Shown: positions 1-11,424 of the stretch, piece by piece | Layout of the letters: every line of letters starts with the position of its first letter | How positions within the stretch are numbered: the stretch's first letter is position 1 | From: Cladosporium halotolerans | Lineage: Eukaryota | DNA: 64,000 nt | Direction of reading: 5' to 3' | Assembly: GCF_011745625.1 (NCBI RefSeq) | Contig: NW_027191462.1 | Coordinates: 186,001-250,000 of the forward strand | The notes under the pieces: generated by a model | Seen by the model: only the letters and a program-made list of their open reading frames with translations | What the model was told of the DNA's origin: nothing | Database searches by the model: none | Translations under genes and position numbers: made by a program

Positions 1-804
1 CACGCGAGTCTCGAGTGCCGGATGGCTGCTGCGCGAGCCGTGGTTGGTTTGCGCCTTCGCGTTTCGAGACGCTGCCGGTCGGGTAAGCTGGGCTGATGTT
101 GGACGAGGCTGCGTGCGATTTGAATGGTCTGGCTTCATGAGATGCTTTGGCTCAAGAAGTGCATTGCAGTGCGGTAGGTGAGCTGGATGCAATGACAGGT
201 GCAGCGTGTGATGCTCCTACCTACGGTCCAGGCGCTGCAGAGTGTTTACTGTTTCAACCGCAGGCATCCGCCCGCCATTGACACCCAGCAGCCAACGGGC
301 GCGACTGAATCAGCGTCGTGCCATGTAATTACTCGCGATCAAACCCAAGGTCATCTGAATCCTACAGTGCATGCCATGCTCAGCAACAAACAAACACTGC
401 GGTCCCCTGGATGTCACGCTCAATGGTAGAAACAGTGGAGCAGCCCGAGCTGGTACCTGAGCCGCACGTGGGCTGCAAGGAACCCGAGCGGGAGGTTTTG
501 TGGAGAGGATTTGCAGCGAGCGCTTGGCCGGAAGTTCTCCAGGACAAGAGGTGTCCGAATTGAGAATTGATCTTGAAGCTTTGGAGCGGAGGATGGCACC
601 CTAGCAGATTGCTAAAGAAGCTAGAGAAGTCGAGATTTATCGTGGGTCTGAGAAGAGCTTTCCATGACCGGCACACGGGCTGCCGTAGATTCGAGTGCAC
701 ATCGACTCTGGCGTGCCCATTATTCCGCGCCTTGCGGATCTCATGTTGAAGGAATATAATTTACAAAAATCTGTCCTCTTCCATCAATTGGCAGTAAGCC
801 AGTC

Positions 805-897
805 GGGTTCAATGGTCTAGCGGTTACGATTCTCGCTTAGGGTCCACCCTGAGACACGATTGCGAGAGGTCCCCGGTTCGAGTCCGGGTTGAACCCC
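805..897 (+). tRNA. tRNA-Pro(AGG) with 18-nt intron (843-860)
   Basis: Acceptor stem GGGTTCA (805-811)/TGAACCC (890-896); D-arm TGGTCTAGCGG; anticodon stem CTCGC/GCGAG with loop TT-AGG-G then intron at the canonical 37/38 position; T-loop GGTTCGAGTCC. Confidence 0.95.
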
Positions 898-901
898 ATT
901 C

Positions 902-912
902 TTTTGCTTTTT
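902..912 (+). terminator. Pol III oligo-T terminator of the tRNA-Pro gene
   Basis: TTTTGCTTTTT immediately 3' of the tRNA. Confidence 0.7.
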
Positions 913-1414
913 GCCCTTCGACCGTCACTCGAGCAAGGGCAGGACTTTGATCAGATGGTTGCGTCGATTTCCGCGATGGGTTGCCATGGGACTGTGACTG
1001 GGGCGAGTGATTTTTGCTGAGTGACGGAACAAAGCTTTTTGAAATGTTGGTTTGACGGTAGTGTACTGCTCGGATACGAGTACGATCAACAGAGGGTCGA
1101 GACACGAATGTAAGTTGAGAGGCGAGAACGAAGACTGTCGATGAACAAGTGACATTTGCAAAGATAGCAAGCTATATCCGTGGACAATGCACGCGAAGAA
1201 AAGACCAACATCGACAAAAGCAGCTCCTCCATGAAAACGCTCAACCTTACCCCCAAATACTCCTTGGGAAATATGCTCCCATATGCCATAGTGAAATGCC
1301 ACGCCATGCATACCGTCAACATCAAACAAACAGCGGCGGAACATCTGCACACACTCAGTCAGCAAGACTTAGTACACTCCCCTCACAGCCGCGCTACTCA
1401 CTCAGCAAATGGTG

Positions 1415-4400
1415 TCACACACCGGAATACAGAGAATCCGAAAGCCACTCGTCGCGCTCGCGTTCGCGCGCGGCGGCCGCCTTCCTGCTGCGCGCGGAGC
1501 GCAAGCTCAGGCTGCGGAAGAGCTCGCCGCCCTTGGCGAACCAGACGCGCAGCTTCTCGCCCAGGCGCTTGATGCGGAACTCGGCCTTGCCCATGCCGAT
1601 GCCGTCGAGGGTGAAAGCGGCGGAGGAGTCGAGGGCGGTGCGGTCGGCGGCGAGGGAGGCAGCGTCGTAGGGGTGGGGGTTCGCGGCGGAGGCTTCGTCG
1701 AGGGATTGGGCGCCGCGGGTGGGGTCCGGGTTGTTGTGGTTGGTGTTGGCCTTGGAGGCTTTGGACTTGAGACCGGTCCAGCGCCGGCCTTTCGGGGTCT
1801 TGCGTTCTTTGTTGCTCTCGGAACTATCGTCTGAGAAGTAAGAGCGGACCTCGTCGAGGTTGAAGGCGACTGGTGGGGTCAGGGCGGTCGTTGGGTAGCG
1901 GTCGCCTGGGTTGTGGGCAGGTTCGTCTGCGGTGCGGAGGCCAGGCGATGTTGGCAGGCTCCTGGTCGTGTCGTCGTGGTGGCTGCGGCTGAGACCGATT
2001 TTGTGCTTGATCGATCCGAGCATTGATCGTTTGGAATGCTTGCGGACATGCTGTGTTGAGACTCCGGTGAGCTGCAAAGTGGTGACTGATGCTGTGGGGT
2101 CCAAGTCTGTCGTGATAGAACCAATGTCGATGCCAGAGGTAGTGTTGCCTAGAAGGTCGCCGGTCAAAGTACAGTCGAGAGATTTGGTTCCGCGGTGGCG
2201 GGCGAGCTCGGCTGCCAAAGTCTCGCGAGCGTGTACTTGGTCTGGGGCAACAAGGTCGATGTGGAGGTTGCTTCTGGCCCATGGATAGTTCTCGTCCAGG
2301 TTCCACGGCCGGCTACTGAGGGAAGAGACAACCAGCGATCTCTTCGAGCCACGAGCAATGGGGTTCATCTCCGGGGGCAAGAGTCGCTGCACTTCATCCT
2401 CAGTCAAAGGTGACTTGCCTCGAATCAAGGCTGACGCAGGCCGTTGCAACTGATTGGTGAGTTCCGAGGGCGCTGAAATGGACCCAGATAGGTAGGAAGA
2501 CCTGCCGTCCACAGGTGATTGTGCCGACACCTTGTCGAGGGAGGCAGAACCAGGCAAAGGAGGAAGATCTTTGTTGAGGCCCATCGCCTTGAGAGGAATG
2601 ACAGAATCGTGGGTTCCATTCTTGACGATCTCCTCAGCACGTTCAGCAAGGGTGCGGAAGCCAGCAGAAGTGCGTGTTGAGAGCACCGTATCAGGCCGAG
2701 CGCCAGGGATTTTGCCCAGTTGGTGGATGTCATCAATTGTGTGAGCGATCTGTTGGTCGTTGGCAAGAACGGTGTCAAGATTTAGATCCCTGAGATTCGG
2801 CAGTAGCTCTGAGAGTCGCTCGCTCAAGCCGTTGACTGAAGGGATTGAAAGGCGGTTGACTTGAGTTGCCACATTGAGCATCCGCTCTTCGGGTGACAAC
2901 GGACGCTTGGCGGAGTCGGCATCTCCTTCGCTGGCGTTCTTGCTGTGACGACGTGAGCTGGGCTTGGATTCATCGCCAGCATCTTCAGCTTCGTCCCCAC
3001 TGGGCTGCTCCTCGTCTTCGAGCTCCTCCGGAAAATCTTCAGGTTTGTTGAAGAAGCTGGTGTAGCGATCCCAGAGGGCTGGGTCGGTGCTTTGCGGTCG
3101 CTGCGGAGAAGGGTGGTAGATGGCGGAAAAGTCACGGCGCCGTACAACTTCCAGTGAGTTGCGTGTGCGGACTTGCAAGGCCTCATTGAGCTTGTCGATC
3201 AAATCCATGCGGCTGAAGTTCAACGAAGGCAAGTCGCGGGTTTCTCCAAGCGGCCGACCGTCATCAGGGTGAGGACGATTGCGAGCTTCGCGCATCTTCT
3301 CTTTGTCTTGAAGCTCCTGTTGGCGTCGCTCCTGCATGGCCTTGACGGCTGCGATGCGAGCTGGGAGTTGGAATTGCAAGCCATTGGCAATGTCGGTGGA
3401 CTGTCTGTGCGTAGTGACGCTCATGTCCTCGGATGACTCTTCTTTGAGGCCTGGAAGATGTGTGCTCGGGTATTTGTTACGAATGAAATTGATACCAGAA
3501 AAGCGCAGATCAGTAGTAGTGTCCTGTGAGCCGCGGTCAGAGTCGGACTGGGCCTCAAAAGGCGATGGGCCTCTGCTGGGCTGAGGACGAGCGCGAAGGG
3601 CTATCGCTCCGAGTGATTGACTTTGGCGGTGTTGATCAGTCTTCTTGTTCACCTTCAGCGGAGGAACCTCATCCTCGAAAGTGACTGAGCCATGGCGGCG
3701 TTGTCTCTCTGGAGCATGGATTGCCGACTTCAGAGGCGCTGGCTCATCCTTTGGCGGAGTGCTGCTGGCGATTTGAACAATCTGCGGCTTGGCCAGCGTG
3801 ACAGTGTTCTGGGGCAGAGAGAACCGGACGGCCACATCGGTCATGGCATCAGTGCTGTTGACGGTGGTCTCGCCGATCTGGCTTAGATCCGCGGGCAGAG
3901 ACAGACGGTTGGAGTTCGTCGGGGTGTCAGTGGGGTGCGGAAGCTGAACAGACTTGGAGTAGCTCCGAGGAGTGCGTGGTGTAGGTGGTGCCAAGCTTTC
4001 ATCGTTTGCAGCATAGCGATGCGACCTTCTCGGTCTGTGATCGAGCGGGGACGAGTCATCCCTCAAGGCCATCATCGTCTCGTCGATACCTGCCGTTTCC
4101 TCGTGGATTGGGCTGACAGCAGAGAATCGGTCAACCGTCTCGCCCGGTAGGAGGGGGCTCACAGGCGCATGAGGACTCTCGTCGAGATCGGGGGAAGACG
4201 GAGTCTCCTTTCCACCCTTGTGCTGCGCGGTGATGGTGTCTGCATCCAAGGCGAAAGGGTCGCGTGACTCCGTTTCCGTCTCTCCGAGGTCGGTGGCTGT
4301 GGCCTCCGTCTCAGAAGGCGGAGAGAAGTGGACAGCGAAGTCCATGCCGTCAACCTTGTGCGAGCCATCACTGGAAGGGACGGAATCTGTCACGGAGCCT

Positions 4401-6334
4401 TTGTGCTGGAGTTCAGGAGGCGAGGATGGCAGCGGAGTATCCTCAGCAGTGTCGTCGTTCAGGGTGCTTGGCTCGAATGGCTCTTGCTCTTCCTCGTTGG
4501 GAATGGTCTCGTTGGGCTTGAGTGGCGAAGGTGTCTCCGCGTTGGCGTACTTGCTGCTCTGCTCGACTCCCGTTGTCGAAAGTGCCAACTCAGCTTTCAC
4601 CATATCCCTTGTCAACCTTCGCATCGACTTCACAGGGGACGCTGGCATTTCAGCGACAATGACTGGGGAGGCCGGCAATTCGACGGGAGCATTAAATTCC
4701 TCGATGATGGTGACACGTTCGATTTCCGGTGCTGCAAGCTCGTAGATGCCGGCGTGCTCGATGAGGCGCTCGCCTTGTCCACGTTCGTGCTCTCGCTCTG
4801 CCTCACGTTTTGCGGCCGCGTCCGCGGCAGCTCGAGACTCAAGCATAGCCTTGACGCGCTGCACAAAACCAGAAGGTGGCACCGATGCGTGATGAGCTTC
4901 GATTTCCGAATCCTCAGCCGCTTTCTCCAAGCCATCGATGTAGTCGAAATACTTGGCTGGGATCACTGGATCGCTGGTGGACTCTGGCAGATCTGTCAAG
5001 GCTGGATCGATGAAAGCAGGGTCCACAGCAACCTGGATCGTGGTCTGATCCTTCGGCGTTGGTGGGCTCGATGTTGTCGGAGCAGTTCCGGAAGATGGAG
5101 GGTCCGATGACGGTGCTCCAGCTTCTGTCATCGGAGTATCGGTGCGCTGAGGCAGCTGCCTTGCAAGGCGGGCAGCGTTGTGGAAGATGTGATGAGCCAC
5201 AGGGCCGACATTGGGAGAAGGCGGCGGTCCGCGACGTTGTTGCGGTTGCAAGACGTATCCGTTAGGCGCGTACACAGGACGAGGTGGACCGTACGGGTGC
5301 TGCTGCGGATGATGCGGCGGCGGTGGCATACGTTGACCGGGGTGTTGCATGACCACAGCTGGAGAAGGCTTCATCGGGCCAGGACGGTAGTTGAAGGGAG
5401 GCTGAGAAGGTGGCATCTGCTCGTAAGGCATCATTGAACTGTTCGGCATCGCACGCGGAGGAGGAGGAACGTTGAGGTGCGCCGGATCGACTGGGTAGCC
5501 TTGGCCGTAGTCGCTGTGGTACGTTGGCATGGCAGGACGAGGCATAGGTGGGACTGGAGGGACCTGCTGGCGCCGGTGCGCGTTCTGCAACGGAATTGGT
5601 GGCGGCTGGGCCTGCGCATAGGTTTCGCTCTGAGCTGGAGAGGGAGAACGGTATCCTGGACGCTTCAGGCGAGTAGGATAGACATATGGCGGCGGCCTGA
5701 TCTCGGGCATTGGAGGAGGTTGTCCATCATACCGCCTCGGCTCATGACCCTGGCTCTTGAGACTGGTGGCCGACTTGTGGCGCGGCAACTGACTGGAAGC
5801 GACTGCGTTCGTCAAAGAGTAGGAACGGCTGTCGTGACGATTGCCAGAGGAGGGAATAGGACCAAGTCCCATTGGGCGGCCAGGATGGCTCATGACAGAT
5901 GGCTGCGTGTCAGAGACGAAAGTTGGCATGGTCTGCATGCTCGTCATGGAGCCACGCCGCCCATTGGAGCCCGTCTCCCAATCTCTGGTGGCAGAACTGA
6001 CTCTCGAAGTCACAGAAGCAGCGTAGTGGTGAGAATTTGAACCGCCAGGATACGGATGAGACGACGTTGAGGTCTTGGAGGGCTGTTGCCTGCGCTGGCC
6101 TGAACGGTATGGCATGCTGGGCAGACGAGTGCTGTTGAAAGACAGGGCTCCGATATCACCAGTGTCCGTAGACGTTTTGAGCATACTCAGAACGCCAGCA
6201 TTTGCGAGAGCATCAGCACCTGCGCCCATAGGCGGTGGTGAACGAAGGGAGCGAGAGGCTCCAGTTGCAGCGGAGACATTGCTGGCTCTACTGTTACGGC
6301 CACTGATGCTGGAAACGGGGTCGGTGAAAGGCAT
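1415..6334 (-). CDS. Large (~1640 aa) Pro/Ser-rich, largely disordered hypothetical protein; 5' end uncertain
   Basis: 4.9-kb uninterrupted ORF; first ATG at 6334 (MPFTDP). No recognisable catalytic domain; upstream exons cannot be excluded. Confidence 0.85.
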   Translation of the reverse strand: MPFTDPVSSISGRNSRASNVSAATGASRSLRSPPPMGAGADALANAGVLSMLKTSTDTGDIGALSFNSTRLPSMPYRSGQRRQQPSKTSTSSHPYPGGSNSHHYAASVTSRVSSATRDWETGSNGRRGSMTSMQTMPTFVSDTQPSVMSHPGRPMGLGPIPSSGNRHDSRSYSLTNAVASSQLPRHKSATSLKSQGHEPRRYDGQPPPMPEIRPPPYVYPTRLKRPGYRSPSPAQSETYAQAQPPPIPLQNAHRRQQVPPVPPMPRPAMPTYHSDYGQGYPVDPAHLNVPPPPRAMPNSSMMPYEQMPPSQPPFNYRPGPMKPSPAVVMQHPGQRMPPPPHHPQQHPYGPPRPVYAPNGYVLQPQQRRGPPPSPNVGPVAHHIFHNAARLARQLPQRTDTPMTEAGAPSSDPPSSGTAPTTSSPPTPKDQTTIQVAVDPAFIDPALTDLPESTSDPVIPAKYFDYIDGLEKAAEDSEIEAHHASVPPSGFVQRVKAMLESRAAADAAAKREAEREHERGQGERLIEHAGIYELAAPEIERVTIIEEFNAPVELPASPVIVAEMPASPVKSMRRLTRDMVKAELALSTTGVEQSSKYANAETPSPLKPNETIPNEEEQEPFEPSTLNDDTAEDTPLPSSPPELQHKGSVTDSVPSSDGSHKVDGMDFAVHFSPPSETEATATDLGETETESRDPFALDADTITAQHKGGKETPSSPDLDESPHAPVSPLLPGETVDRFSAVSPIHEETAGIDETMMALRDDSSPLDHRPRRSHRYAANDESLAPPTPRTPRSYSKSVQLPHPTDTPTNSNRLSLPADLSQIGETTVNSTDAMTDVAVRFSLPQNTVTLAKPQIVQIASSTPPKDEPAPLKSAIHAPERQRRHGSVTFEDEVPPLKVNKKTDQHRQSQSLGAIALRARPQPSRGPSPFEAQSDSDRGSQDTTTDLRFSGINFIRNKYPSTHLPGLKEESSEDMSVTTHRQSTDIANGLQFQLPARIAAVKAMQERRQQELQDKEKMREARNRPHPDDGRPLGETRDLPSLNFSRMDLIDKLNEALQVRTRNSLEVVRRRDFSAIYHPSPQRPQSTDPALWDRYTSFFNKPEDFPEELEDEEQPSGDEAEDAGDESKPSSRRHSKNASEGDADSAKRPLSPEERMLNVATQVNRLSIPSVNGLSERLSELLPNLRDLNLDTVLANDQQIAHTIDDIHQLGKIPGARPDTVLSTRTSAGFRTLAERAEEIVKNGTHDSVIPLKAMGLNKDLPPLPGSASLDKVSAQSPVDGRSSYLSGSISAPSELTNQLQRPASALIRGKSPLTEDEVQRLLPPEMNPIARGSKRSLVVSSLSSRPWNLDENYPWARSNLHIDLVAPDQVHARETLAAELARHRGTKSLDCTLTGDLLGNTTSGIDIGSITTDLDPTASVTTLQLTGVSTQHVRKHSKRSMLGSIKHKIGLSRSHHDDTTRSLPTSPGLRTADEPAHNPGDRYPTTALTPPVAFNLDEVRSYFSDDSSESNKERKTPKGRRWTGLKSKASKANTNHNNPDPTRGAQSLDEASAANPHPYDAASLAADRTALDSSAAFTLDGIGMGKAEFRIKRLGEKLRVWFAKGGELFRSLSLRSARSRKAAAARERERDEWLSDSLYSGV

Positions 6335-7111
6335 TGTGCCGCCTCTCAAAGCGTGTAGAGTAGCGAACGACGGCGGTCAGACTGTGATGGCGGTTTGCAA
6401 GAGACAAGTAAGAAGAAGACTCAAGAAGTACTGATCAGCTTTCCAACAGTGCCAATATGACAAGGGCAGCAATGAGCTGAAGCGTAAAGGAGAGTGAGTG
6501 GCTGCGCAGCGATGCGGAGGCGAAGAGAAGAGGGCGGATGTCAACAATGGGGCGGCAGAGCCTTGTCGTAGCATCGCAAGAGCCATTGGTGGTAATTCAT
6601 GAGTCGGAAGGAAGTCGGCCTTGATGAGCAAGTACCTGAGTAGAGGCCTAGGTCGCCGTTGGAGAGCAGAAGCGTTAGGCTGGCTCAAGATCGTGACTGC
6701 CATGTCATGCGTGCAAGAGGAAGGAGCTGTGGGCGTGGTGAACACGTGCAGCCCGACGCCAGGTGACGAGCCATCGTGGGAATCCAGCGTATTGAGCCAG
6801 TGAAGCAGACAGCTGATCAGCCAAGGCAGTGTCGACGGAGTCTAGGTTTGAGATGCTGATCAATGTTGGATATGCGTGGTGATATACCATGCGATGTTCT
6901 GTTCAGCCGGCTCTCAACTGCTCTCATGATTGAATCTCGCAACGCGCGCGGCCAGTGAGCCACTGTTTGAGTGGTTTCTACAGGTCGCGAAAATGATGTT
7001 AGCTCCAGAGAATCACTCGTCTCTCTGCAAGACATATTGAGAAAGTGACAAGCGCCAACGACAAACGGCATGGATGGGTATTAGAATTCATGTTCTTACA
7101 TGTCCATTTCT

Positions 7112-8299
7112 TTACGCCTTGGACTTGCTCTTCTTCTCCTTCTTATCTTTCTTCTCCTTTTTCTCCTTCTTGTCCTTCTTGTGACCCGTAGCCTCGGGCT
7201 GCTTCGGGAACTGCAGGGCTGCCTCCTTGCCTACTGGCTCCGCCTCACTCTCGCTCTCAGACCCTGAGCCAATACGGCCAGGATCTCCGGCGCCGAATCC
7301 AGGCGGCCTGTAACGCATCCTCATGCCTTTAGGTTGCGGTCGCACCGCATAGACTGCTGGTCTCGCAACATCGCCCGCGGCGTTGCTTCCAGTCTTCTCG
7401 GATGTTTGCTTCTCGTTGATGTTGGGGAGTGCGATGTGCTGCCTGAGGTGGAACGTTTTGGAGACAGGCTGCGATATGGGCTTGTAGCCGTCCTTCTCCG
7501 GCAAAAGAACCACAGTGGCATTGCCGGTAGTTGCGCCCTTGTCTTCGCTGAGGACGTAGTCGGAGCCTTTGTGGGACAGCACTGGCTTGCCGCTCTGTAT
7601 CGAATCCAGGGCCACTTCGGTCAAGGCGGAAATGGGGAGGTTTGCAGGTGCGGTGATGTGCCAGACCTGCTTGCCTTGCACGTCTGCGCTGGACAGCGCG
7701 CTTCGTGAGGATGTGTCGAATGATGTGTAGCCGTGAGGTGCGTCGAATGGCTTGGCGACTACTGAGCTCACCATGCCTGCAGGAGTGGGCGCTGGCTTGT
7801 CCACGTCCATCTTGTCCGCCGCGGAATCGTCTTCCGACTCTCCTTCAGAGGACTCTGAATCTGTGCGGGCCTTCTTGGCCTCTGGTGCATCGGGCAGCTC
7901 CTCGTCGCTATCCTCGCTGGAGCTCTCCTCTGACTTCCTCTTCTTTCCATTGGCCTTGGGTGCATTCTTCTTGTCCTTTTTAGACGACTTCTTAGCCTTC
8001 TTGTCATCTTCACTACTGCTGCTCTCGCTGTCGTCCGAAGGCACAGCCGGCTCCGTAGGCTCCGTCTCCTTTACTTTCTTCTCGTTCGGCTTCTTGGTAT
8101 TCTGCCTCTTCTCATCCTCGCTCTCCGTATCACTCCCCCCACCACTGCTCCCCGACTCCGACTCGTCCCCAGACTCCAGAACATTTTCCTCGCTCAGCTG
8201 CGACGGTTTCACGCGCGCGGTCTCCGATGCCTTGGGCGCCTTACTCCGCTTCTCACCCTTCACGGGCACCTTGGGCTCCTTGACCTTCGACTTGGCCAT
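7112..8299 (-). CDS. RPA34: RNA polymerase I subunit RPA34-like protein
   Basis: 395-aa single-exon ORF; Lys/Ser/acidic low-complexity N-half, GKQVWHITAPANLPIS motif typical of the Pol I A34 domain, Lys-rich C-terminal tail. Confidence 0.75.
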   Translation of the reverse strand: MAKSKVKEPKVPVKGEKRSKAPKASETARVKPSQLSEENVLESGDESESGSSGGGSDTESEDEKRQNTKKPNEKKVKETEPTEPAVPSDDSESSSSEDDKKAKKSSKKDKKNAPKANGKKRKSEESSSEDSDEELPDAPEAKKARTDSESSEGESEDDSAADKMDVDKPAPTPAGMVSSVVAKPFDAPHGYTSFDTSSRSALSSADVQGKQVWHITAPANLPISALTEVALDSIQSGKPVLSHKGSDYVLSEDKGATTGNATVVLLPEKDGYKPISQPVSKTFHLRQHIALPNINEKQTSEKTGSNAAGDVARPAVYAVRPQPKGMRMRYRPPGFGAGDPGRIGSGSESESEAEPVGKEAALQFPKQPEATGHKKDKKEKKEKKDKKEKKSKSKA

Positions 8300-8501
8300 T
8301 TTGCTAGCTGCGATCGGGTGTCCAATGGGCGGCCCGGCGTGGGAACTTCACATGAAATCTTTGGCCGGCCGAGCAGAGAGGCTTGAAGGCGGCAGAAAAG
8401 CCGCGCTGCGGCGGGCGGTGAGCTGGGAATTTTCCCGCTGCTGGCTTTCCTGATTCGGACGTTCACTTCCGTTTCTGAGGGACGGACGGTGTATCGGGAA
8501 A

Positions 8502-10497
8502 ATGGCGCAGAAGAGAAAAGTGCAGGATGCTTTTGGGAAGCCTGGTGGTGAGTCGTATTCGGAAATTTAGAATTGCATGTGCTGACGAAAATGCAGGGCA
8601 ACTCAGTGCTTTCGCCGCCGCTCGTCTGGCGAAGCAAAGCAAAGCCGCCCCAGTGGCTGCAGACTTGACTTCAGCTGAAGATCAAGAAGACCCAGCTGCG
8701 TTAGCTGTCGCAGTCGGAGCTGTTCCTTACGATGGTCATCATAGCGACGATGTCTCTTCAGGCGTTCCTAGTGCGGCCATCACACCGGCTGTGACACCAC
8801 CTAGGACAACGCCAGCTCGCAAGCTCTCCACTTTTGCTCTGGAACCGCGACGTATACTACGAGATGATCAATCGTGTCTGGAGCTCTCTTTGGCTTCTGG
8901 CGAGACCGCTGTATTTGCTGGAGAATATACTTTGGAAGTCGTCAAAGGCACTGCGACAATCTACGGTGGCGCTTTCCACGGCTCTTCTGGCGCCCACAGA
9001 ATCTTTGCACCTAGCGTACAGGCTTTGCCTCCCATTGTTGCCCGCAGGAGCCCTACTGTGATTCGCATTTCTTCAGTCAAATCCAGTATCAAGCGACTCG
9101 AGAAGCTGTCGCCTCTGTTCCGTAACATCTGGACATCAGACGACAAGGGGCGATCGTTCGCGTTTCTCGAGACCACACACGACGATATTCTACAGCGTTC
9201 GTTGAATTTGCTGGAGACGGATGCCGCCACCCAGAAGACATTTACGCAATTGACTGGCCGGGCGGAAGAGAAGAAAGGCTCGATCTGCGCCATCACCATT
9301 GGACCGAAGTCTTCTGGCAAATCCACCTTCAATCGGCAATTATGCAACGCTTTTCTAACGACGAAACTCCCCAACAAGAAATGCCTCTATCTCGACCTCG
9401 ATCCTGGCCAGCCTGAATTCGGACCAGCAGGACAAATCTCACTCGTGGAGATCAGCTCGCCGCTCCTTGGGCCGTCATTCACAAACCAAGCATCAGAGGC
9501 TTCAGAAACCCAAAAACTCCTCTCATGCCACACAATAGCAGCGACAACATTCAAAGACGACCCAGACCACTACCTGGCCTGCATCCGCGAGCTAGCCATC
9601 ACCCTCGAGTCCCGCAAGCGCGACCAAGGCCCCACGCCCATAATCATCAACGCCTGCGGCTGGACGACCGGCCTCGGCGCCGCAGTCCTCACAGACCTCT
9701 ACTCCATCCTCCCCATAACCGACACCATCACCATCGAAGGCATCGACGCCTCTCTCCAGCAGACCGCCCTCTCCCGCAGCCAGCACTGCTTCACCCTCCC
9801 GCGCGCCCCGCCCCGCCAAACGATCCGCTCCCCCGCCGAGCTCCGCGCAATGCAAACCATGGCCTACTTCCACTCCAAACCCTCAAAATCAACCCCCTCC
9901 TGGTCCGTCAAACCCCTGTCCACCCTCCGCCCTTACCTCGCACGCTACGCCTCCCCCGACCCGGCCATCCACGCCGTCGCCTCCTACGGCCAGACCGTCC
10001 CTTCCGCCCACCTCCCCGAACTCCTCGCCGGCGCCCTCGTCGCCCTCGTCACAGCCGACACAACCGAAGACCTGCACGCCGCCTTCGCCTCCTCGCTCCC
10101 CTCCCCGCCCGAACCCGCGCTCACGCCAACCCCCGAAAATCTGCCGTACATCGAGGCCCCGGCGTCGGGCTTCCTGCGCGCCCTGGACCCGCGCTTCGTG
10201 CGCTGCGCGGGGCTGGCGCTGGTCAGGGGCGTCGACGCGCGGGCGGGCGAGGTGCAGCTTTTGATGCCGGGCGCGGAGGAGAGGGTCGCCGCCGCGCTGG
10301 CGGGGAGGAAGGTGCTGCTTGTGCGCGGCGGGTTCGATGCGCCGGAGTGGGCGTATCTGGAGGAGTTGGTTGCGGGCGGGGAGAAGGCTGAGGAGGGGAC
10401 GGCGAGGCCGTGGGTGGCGAGGAGGGAGATGGTGGGGATCGAGGGCGCGGTGTGGAGGCTGAGGCATCCGCCGACGGCGGCGCAGGTCGGGCGGTGA
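8502..10497 (+). CDS. GRC3: Polynucleotide 5'-hydroxyl kinase Grc3/Nol9; exons 8502-8547, 8597-10497
   Basis: P-loop GPKSSGKST, LDLDPGQPEF and IINACGW Clp1-family motifs; intron 8548-8596 (GTGAGT...GCTGAC...CAG) joins ATG 8502 (MAQKRK) in frame. Confidence 0.9.
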
Positions 10498-11424
10498 GGA
10501 CTGAGGAGGGTGTGGAGGGGGCAAGTCAGGTGGCTGTTCTGCAGGCTTACGGACGGACGAGCGGTGTAATACCTACCTTAGTAGTATGGTATCGATCCTG
10601 CGGCTTGTGAAGCGGGCTTGCATGTCACGTGCCTGCGCTCGCTCTCTGTTCTAACAACCTCAGCCCGACGTCCATGCTCAGCTGTCTACTGCACATAATG
10701 CCCTAAATCCACAATACCAAACGCGATGCGTTGGCCGTCACAGCAGCAACCGAACCCCATCCGCGTGGGGCCCGGGAGTCTGAACGAGATCACTCTACGC
10801 GCATCACGTTGTTGATGACGCGCGCAATGCGCGGTCCCGGCCAATTTCGCGAGATGAAGTGGTCATCCGGGTCCCAGCCTCAGCCTGCACGCGAGATGAA
10901 AGATTTCCACATGCACGTTCACATGAAAGAGCCAGCCCAGCCCAGCCCACCACCAAGTGCAAACCTCCACACCGCCAGACCCTCCCCGGCGCCCATGGCG
11001 TCTCTGGCGGTCTCCGATCAGATCAGGCCATAAGGCTGGTGGTCCTCGCAACAGCCCAAGCAGCAGCCTGAAGCACACCACCTCACGGGAAACCCCAGCC
11101 AGCGTGAAACGAGCGACAGGGGCGAGCGCACACGCGAGAATCGGGACGCGGCGGGTGTGGGGAGAGCGAGGGCCGCGCACCAATGGGCTGACGCCAGCGG
11201 CGTTGAAGAGCGGCGCCCACGGTACGCCGTGCGCACACAGCGCAGCGCAACCCGCACGCCCGCGCGATGCCGCGCGACGGCGGCCGCCGGAGTCCACTCG
11301 GCGTCTGCGCTGCGCTGGCCCGGCCGGGAATCTACCCGGTCCACGGTAGCAGGTGCGCGTGCCGGACGTGGCTGCAGAGATGCTGGAGGTGTTTGGTTTA
11401 GTGCTGATGGATCGAGGGATGTAG

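Noticed and set aside
1149..6434. Many + strand ORFs of 100-260 aa opposite the large gene (likewise 7752-8453, 9889-10524, 23183-24019, 39040-39564, 62927-63787)
   Set aside because: Antisense or alternate-frame shadows of real CDSs, expected from high GC at third codon positions; no motifs or independent splice structure.
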